Below are positions 40,974 through 50,762 of a DNA stretch of 64,000 bases, piece by piece. The notes under the pieces are model-generated. The model made no database searches. It was not told the DNA's origin and saw only the letters and a program-made list of their open reading frames with translations. Each line of letters opens with the position of its first letter. Within the stretch, counting starts at the first letter, position 1. The stretch is taken from contig JBCCQY010000016.1 in the NCBI GenBank assembly GCA_039208735.1, positions 24,822-88,821 of the forward strand, given 5' to 3'. Source of the DNA: Myxococcota bacterium. Lineage in GTDB: Bacteria > Myxococcota_A > UBA796 > GCA-2862545. The translations under genes were made by a program, and so were the position numbers.

Positions 40974-41108
40974 GCTGCCCCCGTGGGTGTCCGATCCCGG
41001 AGACCCGCCATTTCGGCCGCGTCGTCCTCACAGGTCGGTAACGCTCCCTGATAGAACCCGAACATGAACAGAGGCCGACGGCAAGGGGCCAGGATACGGG
41101 CTCGCCCG

Positions 41109-41960
41109 ATGTCGACGCGCCCCATGCTGGAACAGGTCTTTCAACCCCACGGTCGCGGGCTGCTTCTGCGCGTGTGTGAGTGGGAGGGTGACGGCCCGCC
41201 CATCGTGGTGATGCACGGCTTCCTCGAACAAGGTGCCGCCTGGCATGAAGTGGCCCAGCACCTCACGCGGCGCATGGTGGCGCCGGATCAGCGAGGCCAC
41301 GGTCGTTCCGGCCACGTGGGCACCGGCGGCTTCTACCACTTCTGGGACTACATCGGCGATCTGGATGCCTTGGTGGATCATCTGGGCGGTTCGGTGGATC
41401 TCGTGGGGCATTCGATGGGCGGCACAGTCGCGTGCTACTTCGCGGGCACCCGACCTGAATGCGTCCGACGCCTCGTGCTGGTCGAAGGCCTGGGGCCTCC
41501 CGACATGACCACGACTGTGGTGGATCGCGCGCGTCGCTTTCTCGACGATCTGAAGCGCGGTCCAACCCACCGCCCGCTCGCATCGGTCGACGATGCTGTA
41601 CGCCGCATCCACGCGTACAACCCGGCCCTCCCTCACGACGTGGCCGTGCGTCTGGCTGCGCGGAACACCCGATTGCAGGACGATGGCACGTTGACCTGGA
41701 CGTGGGATGCGCTGCATCGGGCACGCAACCCGGTGCCCTTCCAGATCGACATGTTCCGCCATTTCCTTGGGAATATTCGCATGCCCGTCACGATCGTACG
41801 CGGCGGGCGATCGACGTTTGTGCTGTCCGATGAGGACGAACGCATCGCGGCCTTAGGCACTGACGAGGTCGCGATCCACGTGGTCGAGGAGGCGGGTCAC
41901 CTCGTGCATCACGATGCGCCCCAGAAACTTGCCCACATTTTCGAGGCGGCACTGTCGTGA
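41109..41960 (+). CDS. Alpha/beta fold hydrolase
   Basis: MHGF, DQRGHGRS, GHSMGG and AGHLVHHD. Start uncertain (41064, 41109 or 41124). Confidence 0.88.
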   Translation: MSTRPMLEQVFQPHGRGLLLRVCEWEGDGPPIVVMHGFLEQGAAWHEVAQHLTRRMVAPDQRGHGRSGHVGTGGFYHFWDYIGDLDALVDHLGGSVDLVGHSMGGTVACYFAGTRPECVRRLVLVEGLGPPDMTTTVVDRARRFLDDLKRGPTHRPLASVDDAVRRIHAYNPALPHDVAVRLAARNTRLQDDGTLTWTWDALHRARNPVPFQIDMFRHFLGNIRMPVTIVRGGRSTFVLSDEDERIAALGTDEVAIHVVEEAGHLVHHDAPQKLAHIFEAALS

Positions 41961-42724
41961 ACGAAGCCATCGGGTCGGCCCTCGAGGCCCAAGCCGACGA
42001 TCGAACGGCCCGCCAACTCGGCAAGCAAATCCAGTGCCTTCGGGGAATTCGAGGCGTCGCTGCCGGTACCGTCGCGCGGGTCGCCGCCGAAGCGTGGCGC
42101 ACCCACCGCCCTCGCTTGCCCGACGCCGCAGAAGCGTTGAACGCCACGTTTGGCCAGGCTCACGAAGATGGATTGGTCGCGGTGGGGCTGCTCGCCGCCG
42201 CGTGGCCCGACGATCCCGATCTGGCCCTCGATCTAGGCCTGGATTGGGGCGATCGACTCGACGACATCATGACCGCAGATGCCCTGGGATGGCTGGTTCT
42301 GGGTCCGATCGGGTTGCAGACGGGCACATGGATCGAGATCCGCGATGAACTCGCGGGCCACCGACGCCCGCAAGGCCGCCGCACTGTGGTGGCGATGGGT
42401 CTCGCGGCCTGTCCGGTGCCGGTGGAGGGTCCCGCCGCAGCCCCCCTTCGGGAAAAGGTCGGCACTCGCAAGGTCCAGATGGTCGACGCGGTGCAGGCAG
42501 GGCCAGTGCAAGCGGTCCTCGACCGGATGATTCGCGACCCCCACGCCATGGTGCAGAAGGCGCTCCGACGACTGGTGAGAGCGTTCGGTGACCACGCCCC
42601 AAAGGCGGCTGTCGAATGGGCCGATGGCGTGAAGGGGGGACTCCCTCGGCTCATTGGCGACGAAATCCGCCGAGCCCGACGCCATGCCGCGCGGAGGGCC
42701 GAATCGGAGAACCTCCATGACTGA
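41957..42724 (+). CDS. DNA alkylation repair (AlkD-like, HEAT-repeat) family protein
   Basis: All-helical; MVQKALRRLVRAFGDHAPKAAVEW resembles the AlkD-family C-terminus; GTGA overlap with the upstream gene. Confidence 0.6.
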   Translation: MNEAIGSALEAQADDRTARQLGKQIQCLRGIRGVAAGTVARVAAEAWRTHRPRLPDAAEALNATFGQAHEDGLVAVGLLAAAWPDDPDLALDLGLDWGDRLDDIMTADALGWLVLGPIGLQTGTWIEIRDELAGHRRPQGRRTVVAMGLAACPVPVEGPAAAPLREKVGTRKVQMVDAVQAGPVQAVLDRMIRDPHAMVQKALRRLVRAFGDHAPKAAVEWADGVKGGLPRLIGDEIRRARRHAARRAESENLHD

Positions 42725-44648
42725 GTTGTTCCTGGGTATCGGAAGCGGCTGTCTAGTCCAGATCGTCGAGTTGGACCTCGAACCCACCCCGACGGGCTGG
42801 TCCGAAACGATTCACCTCGAAGTCGCGGGGCCCCTCGACCAACCCGGATCGCCGTGTGGGATCACGCTCCCCATGCCTGCGGGGAGTGCCCTCGAACGAG
42901 CCAAGGGCAAACGCTGGCTTCCCGATGGCGCCACGCGCAAGCTCGACGACCAACGCTTCACACTTTCCGACCCTGCCCTCGACCGATCACGCACGCTCAC
43001 CGTCCACGTGCCGGATGTGATCGCGGGCGGACGACTGGTCGTCGATCTCCGCCGAACCTTGCCCCCGGGAGGCCTGCGCTACCGGGGACTGCGGGCAAAC
43101 TTCCTTCAGATCGGGGCTCCTGGGCCCATCGAAGCCCCGTTGCTCACACGGGACGACAAACGCGACACGGTATGGGGCCGCAACGTCGAAAACGCGGACG
43201 TGGCGCTCCGGGTTGAGTCCTCAAGCCCTCCGGCCTCCCTCACAGCGGCTCCGTCCACCACGATCGAAGGGCGCATCACCCTGAACATTCCCGCCACCAA
43301 GGATCCGCTTGTGGCGCTGTATCCGGGGTCCGGCGAGACGACGGTGACCACGCGGCTCGACGTGACCCTTCCTGCGTCCGAGCGGCCCGTAGGGTGGATC
43401 GTACCGGCCCCCCCGAACACGGACGTCGAGGCCCGCGTTCAAGCCCCTTCTCGGGCCATCGTCACGACAGAATACGGCATCACGCGCATCGAGGCCCCCC
43501 CCAGCGAAGCCCCCAGTCGGGTCACGGTGACGTGGACGGAGCCCGATGCCCCGACCTACGGACTTGTCCCCTCGACGTTGGGTTCCGCGTCACCCGGCAC
43601 CATCACCGGATGGGAGGTCGACGCCCCGGGAGGACTCATCCAGTGGGATGACGATGGCCGAGGCTGGGTCCTCGCGGGAGTTCATGACCGACCGGTCGTG
43701 CCGGACTGGGGCCGGTTCCTGCGTGCGCTGGACAACCGCTTCCACCGGCAAGGATTGCCAGAACCCAGCATTCCTGGATCGGTGCGTGGGGCCCCGGCGA
43801 CCACCGAGCTTTCTCGGCAGCTCCCTGCCTTGTTGCGGACCCGCGCTCGGGTCGGTGACTGGTCGCACGACCCCTTGTGGCCGCGAAAACTCCGATCTGC
43901 GTGGCGTTCAGGCGCCATCACGCCGACGGAAGCGGCGCTCACCACCCGGCTCTTCGCCCGTCAGCTCGGCTTCGAAGCCGACTGGGGCTTTGTGCAGGCG
44001 GACGCACCGCCCGAAGCCTCCGCGGAAGGCTCCCCCGCCCGGTTCACGCACCCGGTCGTGATCATGCGTGGGCTCGACGGAATGGATGACCCAAGCTTCA
44101 TCGATCCGAGCTGCGAGGTCTGCGCCACCTTTGAGCTGCCCTTCGCCCTGTGGGACGCCCCTGTGCTCTCCCCGGGTTTGGGTCGGACCCCGCCTCCCCC
44201 CATCGGGGCCGTATCGGTGGACGCACTGCCTCAAGGCGACGGAGACGTGATCTACGTCTTTTACAAGACCCATGCGCTGCTGGCCCGACGGCTCGCGGCG
44301 AGCGGGGTCGACCTCACCCAATGGTTGGGAGGGCCTGGAGCGACCGGAGAGGTCGAAGGGCTCGACCGCCTCGGGGAGAACGTCAAGGTGGTGGTGCGCA
44401 ATCCCACGACGCTGTACGACCCGTTGCGCCTTCCCCAAACCGCAGCCCGCGTGCGCGTGCGGCCGGGCAAACGGTTCGCACGCCACCCCGCCCACGGGAT
44501 GCCCGACATCGATGTCGTTGCCGGACCCCTTCACTACATTCGCGAGACCAAAGGCCACGCGACGGTCGAGACGCTCCACATTGGCGAAGCGTGGTTACGG
44601 GCCGAAGACATCGCGGCTATCGAAGCCGTGCGCTTTGCCAGCCCCTAG
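42717..44648 (+). CDS. Hypothetical protein with a transglutaminase-like core lacking the catalytic Cys
   Basis: Beta-rich N-terminal part; FTHPVV and FIDPS match the TG-like His and Asp motifs; the usual GDC position reads GAIT. Confidence 0.6.
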   Translation: MTELFLGIGSGCLVQIVELDLEPTPTGWSETIHLEVAGPLDQPGSPCGITLPMPAGSALERAKGKRWLPDGATRKLDDQRFTLSDPALDRSRTLTVHVPDVIAGGRLVVDLRRTLPPGGLRYRGLRANFLQIGAPGPIEAPLLTRDDKRDTVWGRNVENADVALRVESSSPPASLTAAPSTTIEGRITLNIPATKDPLVALYPGSGETTVTTRLDVTLPASERPVGWIVPAPPNTDVEARVQAPSRAIVTTEYGITRIEAPPSEAPSRVTVTWTEPDAPTYGLVPSTLGSASPGTITGWEVDAPGGLIQWDDDGRGWVLAGVHDRPVVPDWGRFLRALDNRFHRQGLPEPSIPGSVRGAPATTELSRQLPALLRTRARVGDWSHDPLWPRKLRSAWRSGAITPTEAALTTRLFARQLGFEADWGFVQADAPPEASAEGSPARFTHPVVIMRGLDGMDDPSFIDPSCEVCATFELPFALWDAPVLSPGLGRTPPPPIGAVSVDALPQGDGDVIYVFYKTHALLARRLAASGVDLTQWLGGPGATGEVEGLDRLGENVKVVVRNPTTLYDPLRLPQTAARVRVRPGKRFARHPAHGMPDIDVVAGPLHYIRETKGHATVETLHIGEAWLRAEDIAAIEAVRFASP

Positions 44649-44696
44649 TCCTACCTCGACGTAGGACGATTAGCCGAATCCCACATCCGCGTAGGA
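44649..44696. promoter_or_regulatory. Two tandem palindromes TCC(T/C)AC-N6-GTAGGA, candidate enhancer-binding-protein sites
   Basis: TCCTAC-CTCGAC-GTAGGA at 44649-44666 and TCCCAC-ATCCGC-GTAGGA at 44679-44696; starts are 30 bp apart. Confidence 0.6.
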
Positions 44697-44737
44697 TCGG
44701 GGCTTCCCAAATCCCCTGTGAAGCTAGGCTCACATCG

Positions 44738-44753
44738 TGGCGCAGGGCTTGCA
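44738..44753 (+). promoter_or_regulatory. Putative sigma54 promoter of glutamine synthetase
   Basis: TGGCGC-AGGGC-TTGCA has canonical -24/-12 spacing, 55 nt upstream of the ATG. Confidence 0.7.
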
Positions 44754-44808
44754 GCCCGTCTGCGATCCGCCGGGGAGACCGCTCCCCACATCCTCGTGAG
44801 GACATTTC

Positions 44809-45801
44809 ATGCTCAAGGCCGAGTACATCTGGCTTGACGGCACCGAGCCGACACCGCTGCTTCGTTCCAAGACCCGCGTCCTGCCGTCAGAATCCACCCC
44901 GCCCCAATGGAGCTTCGATGGATCCTCGACAAATCAGGCGGAGGGTCATGCATCCGACTGCCTGCTCGAGCCTGTGTTCGTCTGTCCCGATCCGCTCCGT
45001 GGGGGCGAACACAGGCTCGTGCTCTGTGAGGTCTTGAACGTCGACGGCACGCCGCATCGGTCGAACTCGCGCGCCCGCCTGCGCGAGGTGGCCACGCGGC
45101 ATGCGGCCGCCGAGCCCTGGTTTGGGATCGAGCAGGAATACACGATGTTCAAGAACAACCGCCCGCTCGGCTGGCCCGAAGGCGGCTACCCCGCCCCGCA
45201 AGGTCCGTTCTACTGCGGCGTCGGCGCTGACGAGGCGTTCGGCCGCGACATCGTTGAGCAGCACCTCGATGCCTGCATCACGGCGGGCCTGACCATCTAC
45301 GGCATCAATGCCGAAGTCATGCCAGGGCAGTGGGAGTTCCAGATCGGAACCGCGGGGCCGATGGAGGTCGCCGACCACCTGACGCTCGCGCGCTACCTGC
45401 TCTACCGGGTGGGTGAGTCCTACGAAACCTCGATCACCCTGCACCCGAAACCGGTCCGAGGCGACTGGAACGGTGCCGGCGCCCACACCAACTTCTCGAC
45501 GCGCGCCATGCGGGAGCCGGGCGGAATGGCTGCCATTCATGCCGCGATCGAAAAACTGCGGGGCCGCCACGACTTCCACATCGCCAACTACGGCCACGGC
45601 ATCGAGCAGCGCCTCACCGGGCTGCACGAGACCTGCTCCTACAAGGAGTTCAAGTTCGGCGAATCGGATCGGGGAGCCTCGATCCGGATTCCTCCATCGA
45701 CGGTCTCGGACGGACATGGATACTTCGAAGATCGACGCCCTGGCGCAAACATCGACCCGTATGTGGTTTGCCGGATCTTGATCGAGACCGTATGCGGGTA
45801 A
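44809..45801 (+). CDS. glnII: Glutamine synthetase type II
   Basis: 330 aa; AEYIWLDG, WSFDGSSTNQA, GIEQEY, NAEVMPGQWEFQ, GDWNGAGAHTNFST, RLTGLHET and EDRRP. Confidence 0.95.
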   Translation: MLKAEYIWLDGTEPTPLLRSKTRVLPSESTPPQWSFDGSSTNQAEGHASDCLLEPVFVCPDPLRGGEHRLVLCEVLNVDGTPHRSNSRARLREVATRHAAAEPWFGIEQEYTMFKNNRPLGWPEGGYPAPQGPFYCGVGADEAFGRDIVEQHLDACITAGLTIYGINAEVMPGQWEFQIGTAGPMEVADHLTLARYLLYRVGESYETSITLHPKPVRGDWNGAGAHTNFSTRAMREPGGMAAIHAAIEKLRGRHDFHIANYGHGIEQRLTGLHETCSYKEFKFGESDRGASIRIPPSTVSDGHGYFEDRRPGANIDPYVVCRILIETVCG

Positions 45802-45821
45802 GCTGACTGAGGAGTCGGTGA

Positions 45822-47009
45822 ATGCCCGCATTGTCGCAACGCGCAGCCGTGTTGCAAGAAAGCGCGATTCGCAAGCTTGATCTTGCCGTGCGGGCCCAAA
45901 CGGGCGTCGAGTTCTTTCGGCTGAACATCGGTCAGCCGGACGTTCCGACGCCCGAGCCGCTTCTTGAGGCCATTCGAAGCTTCCAACCTTCGGTCATTGC
46001 CTACGGCCCTGCGTCCGGCATGCCCGAAGCGCGTGACGCCGCAGCGGCCTACCACAGCCGATGGTGTTCGCAGCCCTTGACCGCCGAACACGTCGCGGTG
46101 ACCACCGGCGGCTCCGAAGCCCTGCTCTTCGCGTTCTCCGCGATCACGGATCCGGGCGACGAGTTGCTGGTCCTCGAGCCGTACTACACGAACTACAACG
46201 GGTTTGCGACGATCGCGGGCGCGTCGGTTCGCGGGGTGCGCACCCATCTCGCGGACGGCTTCGCCATCCCACCCGACGACGTGCTCGACGCCCATCTTTC
46301 GGACCGCACTCGGGCGATCGTGCTGTCGAACCCAGCCAATCCCACGGGAGCGGTCTACGAACGCGAGGAGATGCAGCGGCTGTCCCGGTGGGCGGCTCGC
46401 CATGATCTGTTCATCATCGCAGATGAGGTCTACCGGCGCATCTACTTCGATGCTCCGCCCACCTCCGCCTTGTCGCTCGATGCGGTCTCCGATCGTGTGA
46501 TCGTCGTCGACAGCCTGTCGAAGACCTACTCGGCATGCGGCGTGCGTCTGGGGTTCCTCCTCTCCCGCAACCTCGACCTCATGGAAAAGGTCGAACGACT
46601 CGGGCAGGCGCGGCTCGGTCCACAGCCTCTGGCCCAGCACGTGGGCATTGCCGCCCTGACATTGCCCGAGCCGTACTACGACGAGGTTCGCGAAATCTAT
46701 CGGCACCGGTGTCAGGTGCTGGGCGACGCCCTTGGCACCCTCGACGGCGTTCAGGCCAGCCGTCCTCAGGGCGCCTTCTACACAATGGTCGAACTTCCGG
46801 TCCGCGACACGGAAGCCTTCGCTCGGTTCTTGGTCACGGATTTCCGGTCGAACGGACAAAGTGTGGTGGTCGCGCCAGGCGGCGGGTTCTACACCGATCC
46901 CGCATCTGGCGTACGCCAGATCCGGCTCGCTGCGGTGCGGCAGGCCAGCGAGCTGGAGCGGTCCGCCGCAATCCTTGGAGAGGCGTTGGCGGTCTACGGA
47001 GGTCGCTGA
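45822..47009 (+). CDS. PLP-dependent aminotransferase class I/II
   Basis: LNIGQPD, NPANPTG, DEVY and SLSKTYSACGVRLG. Confidence 0.93.
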   Translation: MPALSQRAAVLQESAIRKLDLAVRAQTGVEFFRLNIGQPDVPTPEPLLEAIRSFQPSVIAYGPASGMPEARDAAAAYHSRWCSQPLTAEHVAVTTGGSEALLFAFSAITDPGDELLVLEPYYTNYNGFATIAGASVRGVRTHLADGFAIPPDDVLDAHLSDRTRAIVLSNPANPTGAVYEREEMQRLSRWAARHDLFIIADEVYRRIYFDAPPTSALSLDAVSDRVIVVDSLSKTYSACGVRLGFLLSRNLDLMEKVERLGQARLGPQPLAQHVGIAALTLPEPYYDEVREIYRHRCQVLGDALGTLDGVQASRPQGAFYTMVELPVRDTEAFARFLVTDFRSNGQSVVVAPGGGFYTDPASGVRQIRLAAVRQASELERSAAILGEALAVYGGR

Positions 47010-47042
47010 CCGCTAAAGGTCGCTGCAGGGGGAGACGATCCG

Positions 47043-47750
47043 GTGAGTACCGACGATGAACGAGAGGGAGAACCCTTGGAGAGTGCGGTCGACCTTTATG
47101 TGATGGGTGCCGCCATGCGGTCCCTGCCCGGCCGCATCGTCCGCCGCGACGGTCCCGAATTGTGGGTCGCGGTGTTCGACGGCCGACTCGAGGACGGAGA
47201 AGCGGTCTGTCTGCAGAGCGAGACGAGCGCCCCGTGGTTGTACGGCAAGGTCAAGGGCGTGGAGTCCGACGGTGCCTTCTGCATCCACATCGACGGGAGC
47301 CACACGCCCGATCGCCGTGAGTTTTCTCGCGTTTGGGGTCCGTTAAACCTTCGCTTTCAGGCGCTGGACGATGACGGCTACGAACTCGCGAGTCTCCGGT
47401 GGCTGCGCAAGGGCGAGGGCATCGGTCCACGGTGGCAACGGCCCCCGATGTTCATGGACTTCTCGGGGTCTGGTGCACGGTTCGAAACCCGAGGCGTCGA
47501 GCCCGCCGAGCCCGACCAACGGCTTCTCGTCGGCATCCAGATCCCTGGTGACATGGAGGAGCACCGCTTCACCGCCCGAGCGGTCCGCACCTTGAACCAC
47601 GACAGCCAGCTCGCCATCCACTTTCTGGAAGCAAACGAAGGTGCGATCGCAGCCCTCGTCGATTTTGCGGAGCGCATCCAGGAACAGCTCGTCGACCTAC
47701 TTGGAGACCCCCAAGGGCCGTCTGAGGACGAGGAAGACGCCGAGTTCTAA
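47043..47750 (+). CDS. PilZ domain c-di-GMP receptor protein
   Basis: RREFSR (RxxxR) and DFSGSG (DxSxxG) motifs. Confidence 0.78.
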   Translation: MSTDDEREGEPLESAVDLYVMGAAMRSLPGRIVRRDGPELWVAVFDGRLEDGEAVCLQSETSAPWLYGKVKGVESDGAFCIHIDGSHTPDRREFSRVWGPLNLRFQALDDDGYELASLRWLRKGEGIGPRWQRPPMFMDFSGSGARFETRGVEPAEPDQRLLVGIQIPGDMEEHRFTARAVRTLNHDSQLAIHFLEANEGAIAALVDFAERIQEQLVDLLGDPQGPSEDEEDAEF

Positions 47751-48772
47751 TCGCCGAGCACGTACGCAAACACCAACGGCGCCACGATGGTGGCGTCGGA
47801 GTGGATCATGAATCGCGGCGTGTCGGGGCCAAGCTTGCCCCACGTGATTTTCTCGTTGGGTGGGGCACCGGAGTAGCCGCCGTAGATCGCCTGAGCGTCG
47901 CTGATCTGGCAGAAGTAGCCCCACAGCGGAACGTCGACCTTGGCGTCTTGAGCAAGCGCGGGCACCGCACAAATCGGAAAGTCGCCCGCGATGCCTCCTC
48001 CAATCTGGAAGAACCCGATCGACGGTGAAGACGACGTCTTGCCGTGGTTCTCGATGTACCAGGACATCAACCGGTGCATCTGCTCCGTGCCCGTGGCCAC
48101 GCACTGGTGGTGAGGCAACAGTCCCGTCATCACCGCGGCCGCAAACATGTTGCCGGTGGTGCTGTCCTCCCAACCCGGAACCCAGATGGGAATGTTGTGG
48201 GCCTTGGCGGTCAGCACCCAAGAATCTGCCGGATCGGACTGAAAGTGCAGTTCGATGCCGGGTTCATCGAGGGCCTGCCAAAGAAACTCGTGGGGCATGA
48301 AGCGCACGTCGTCGCGGCAAGCCTGCTGCCAGGCGCGTAGAAGGCGCTCCTCAACCTTGCGCATCACGGTTTCAGGAATCCCCACATCCGTGACGCGATT
48401 GATGCCTCGTTCGAACAACGACTGTTCATCGGCCGCGGTCAGATCGCGGTAGTTCGGGAGGGGGACAAATTCGTCCGACGCGAAGAGGCGCATGATGTCC
48501 TCTTCAAGATTGGCGCCCGTACAGCAAAGGCCGTGGACCTTCCCCTCTTGAATCATCCGCGACAAGATGCGCCCGATTCGACCCGTAGATGCCGCTCCCG
48601 CCAGGGTGACGAACATCTTGCCCCCCGCGTTGATGTGGGCTTCATAAGCCTGCGCCGCGCGGAGGGCCTCACCGGCATTGAAGTGGAGGAAGTGAGATTC
48701 CATGAAGGATCGGATCGCAGCCATTGGTTCCTCGAAGTCAAACGAAACCGATAACTCGCGAGGCGCGAACAT
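47747..48772 (-). CDS. Deoxyhypusine synthase-like protein (possible homospermidine synthase role)
   Basis: HFNA, TGANLEED, GWEDST, IGGGIAGDFPIC, GGYSGA, EKITWGK (catalytic Lys) and SDATI. Confidence 0.92.
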   Translation of the reverse strand: MFAPRELSVSFDFEEPMAAIRSFMESHFLHFNAGEALRAAQAYEAHINAGGKMFVTLAGAASTGRIGRILSRMIQEGKVHGLCCTGANLEEDIMRLFASDEFVPLPNYRDLTAADEQSLFERGINRVTDVGIPETVMRKVEERLLRAWQQACRDDVRFMPHEFLWQALDEPGIELHFQSDPADSWVLTAKAHNIPIWVPGWEDSTTGNMFAAAVMTGLLPHHQCVATGTEQMHRLMSWYIENHGKTSSSPSIGFFQIGGGIAGDFPICAVPALAQDAKVDVPLWGYFCQISDAQAIYGGYSGAPPNEKITWGKLGPDTPRFMIHSDATIVAPLVFAYVLGD

Positions 48773-48781
48773 CCGTGGTGC

Positions 48782-50080
48782 TCACAACCCTCTTAGCAAC
48801 GCTTCGATTCGCTCGAGCGCTCGGTCGATGGCTTCATGCGACACTGCACCCACCGACAAGCGAACGAATCCCGATCCTTGTGGGTAGCCAAAGGCCGTAA
48901 AGGGCACAGCGGCCACTCCAGCCTCTTCAAGAAGCCAGGTGATGAGTCGATCATCATCGAGGGGGGCTCCGCCGACAGAGCGTCCCATGACGTCGAACTG
49001 AACCGAGAGGTACAACGCCCCCTGAGGCGGCAAAGCGCGCACGGGAAGTCCCGCTTCGTGCATCGCGTTGAACCCGTCGGCCAAACGCCGCAGCGAGGCT
49101 TCGATTCGTCCGCAAAACTCGGTCGTGAAGGGGTCGACCCGTTCGGGCGCATCGAGCAGACGTGCGGTCGCCATCTGCTCGGGCTTCGGTGCCCACGCGC
49201 CCATATGGCCGATCAGCGGCTTCATCCTCGAGGCCACGGCCGGGGGCGCAACCGTCCAACCGACCCGCAGGCCCGTCGCGGCCCAACACTTGCTGATCGC
49301 ATCGACGTGAATCGTGTAGGCCGCCATTTCTGGCATCAGCGTCACCGGTGTGGCGTGGGTTGCCGGCTCGAAGACCATCTGCCAATACACTTGATCGTAG
49401 AGCACGAACAGGGGACGCTCTCCCGTCGCTGCCCGCTTGCGGTTTTCGCCCACCACCAGCTCACAGATCTCCTTGAGCTGTTGGGATTCGAAGACCGTGC
49501 CAGCCGGGTTCAGCGGGCTGTTGAGGCACAGCATTCGGGCCCCGGAGACATGCGGAGCGATCGCTTCAGCGGTCGGCAAGAACCCTCGCTCGGGATTTCC
49601 GACCACCACACGGGGTTCCCCCTTCGTGAGCTGCACGTAATAGCTCGCGTTCCAGGAAGGAACGCCGAAGATGACAGGATCGCCCGGATCGACGACGGCA
49701 AAGAACCCGCCGTAGATCGGAGGCCGCGCGCCCGAGCCCACCACGACCGATCCCTCGGGGTATTCGAGCCCCAGTCGGGAGCCGTAGAAGCGCCGGATGG
49801 CGGAACGCAGCTCCGGAATGCCGTTGGCGGGGGGGTAGTTGGTATGGCCTTCGCGATACGCCCGTGTGACCTCTTCGGTGAGCACTTCGGGCACCGGAAA
49901 AATGGATGGATTAAAGTCGCCGATCGTGAAGTTCGAGATTTCGTGCCCTTCGGCCACGAGGCGCCGAACGTTGCCTGCGATGGCGAGGATGGCGCTCCCC
50001 TTCAGTTGGCTCATCAGCTGGCTCGAGGCGCCACGCTCGAGATCTTCGGCATGCACCCAGGGTCCGACATCCAGGCTCAT
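48782..50080 (-). CDS. PLP-dependent aminotransferase class I/II
   Basis: NFTIGDF, TNYPPANG, NSPLNPAG, YDQVY and ISKCWAATGLRVG. Confidence 0.92.
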   Translation of the reverse strand: MSLDVGPWVHAEDLERGASSQLMSQLKGSAILAIAGNVRRLVAEGHEISNFTIGDFNPSIFPVPEVLTEEVTRAYREGHTNYPPANGIPELRSAIRRFYGSRLGLEYPEGSVVVGSGARPPIYGGFFAVVDPGDPVIFGVPSWNASYYVQLTKGEPRVVVGNPERGFLPTAEAIAPHVSGARMLCLNSPLNPAGTVFESQQLKEICELVVGENRKRAATGERPLFVLYDQVYWQMVFEPATHATPVTLMPEMAAYTIHVDAISKCWAATGLRVGWTVAPPAVASRMKPLIGHMGAWAPKPEQMATARLLDAPERVDPFTTEFCGRIEASLRRLADGFNAMHEAGLPVRALPPQGALYLSVQFDVMGRSVGGAPLDDDRLITWLLEEAGVAAVPFTAFGYPQGSGFVRLSVGAVSHEAIDRALERIEALLRGL

Positions 50081-50192
50081 TGCGACTCCGTCGTTCGCGG
50101 AGCGAAGGGTCTAACGCCTACCGCCGCTCCAGGGCCCGCTACCTTTCCATCATGGCGGTGGGAGGCTACATCGGTGGCATCCTTGCAGCGCC

Positions 50193-50762
50193 ATGGAGAC
50201 CTCGATGATGACTGCGCTTTTCGCAACCTGGCTCCTGGGCTGTCTGCCCTCCGACGATGGTCCTCCGAAGCAGATCCAAGGGTTGTGGACGGTGAGCCAG
50301 GTCGAAACCGACAAGGAAGTCGTCGTCAACGGAATGCAACTCGCGTTGCAGCAGTTCCCGGGTTGCACCTGGGCTCGGCAGACCTGGCACTTCAGCGAAA
50401 ACAGTGTTCGAATGGGCTATGATGTTCTCTGTCCGAGCCGCGACCCCGACGAGTTCTACGGGTGCCAGGTGAGCGTCGAGGCCCCCGCACGATGGGACGA
50501 CGGCCAGGGCACTTGGACGGTGGACCACACCGCCCGCGCCCGGTCTCGAACCTTGGCGCTCGAAGCCGCATCGCTCGATGTTCCGACGACGTGCCACGCC
50601 CACATCGAAGCCGGCACCTACCCCGTGCGGCGCATGCAAAACCAGGATTGGCGGTGGGAGATGCGCGTACCCAACGGACGCGTTCTACGGCTTGCCCTTC
50701 CCGACAGCGATGATCCGGACTTCGTCTCGGCCATGCGCACCACCACCGGAGGCAAGCCATGA
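50193..50762 (+). CDS. Hypothetical lipoprotein (lipocalin-like GxW start)
   Basis: Lipobox WLLGC; IQGLWTV; four further Cys. Start may be ATG 50205. Confidence 0.7.
   Translation: METSMMTALFATWLLGCLPSDDGPPKQIQGLWTVSQVETDKEVVVNGMQLALQQFPGCTWARQTWHFSENSVRMGYDVLCPSRDPDEFYGCQVSVEAPARWDDGQGTWTVDHTARARSRTLALEAASLDVPTTCHAHIEAGTYPVRRMQNQDWRWEMRVPNGRVLRLALPDSDDPDFVSAMRTTTGGKP

Noticed and set aside
44718..44735. CRP/FNR-like site TGTGA-N8-TCACA next to the glnII -24 element
   Set aside because: The spacer is 8 nt rather than the canonical 6; it may bind something but cannot be assigned.
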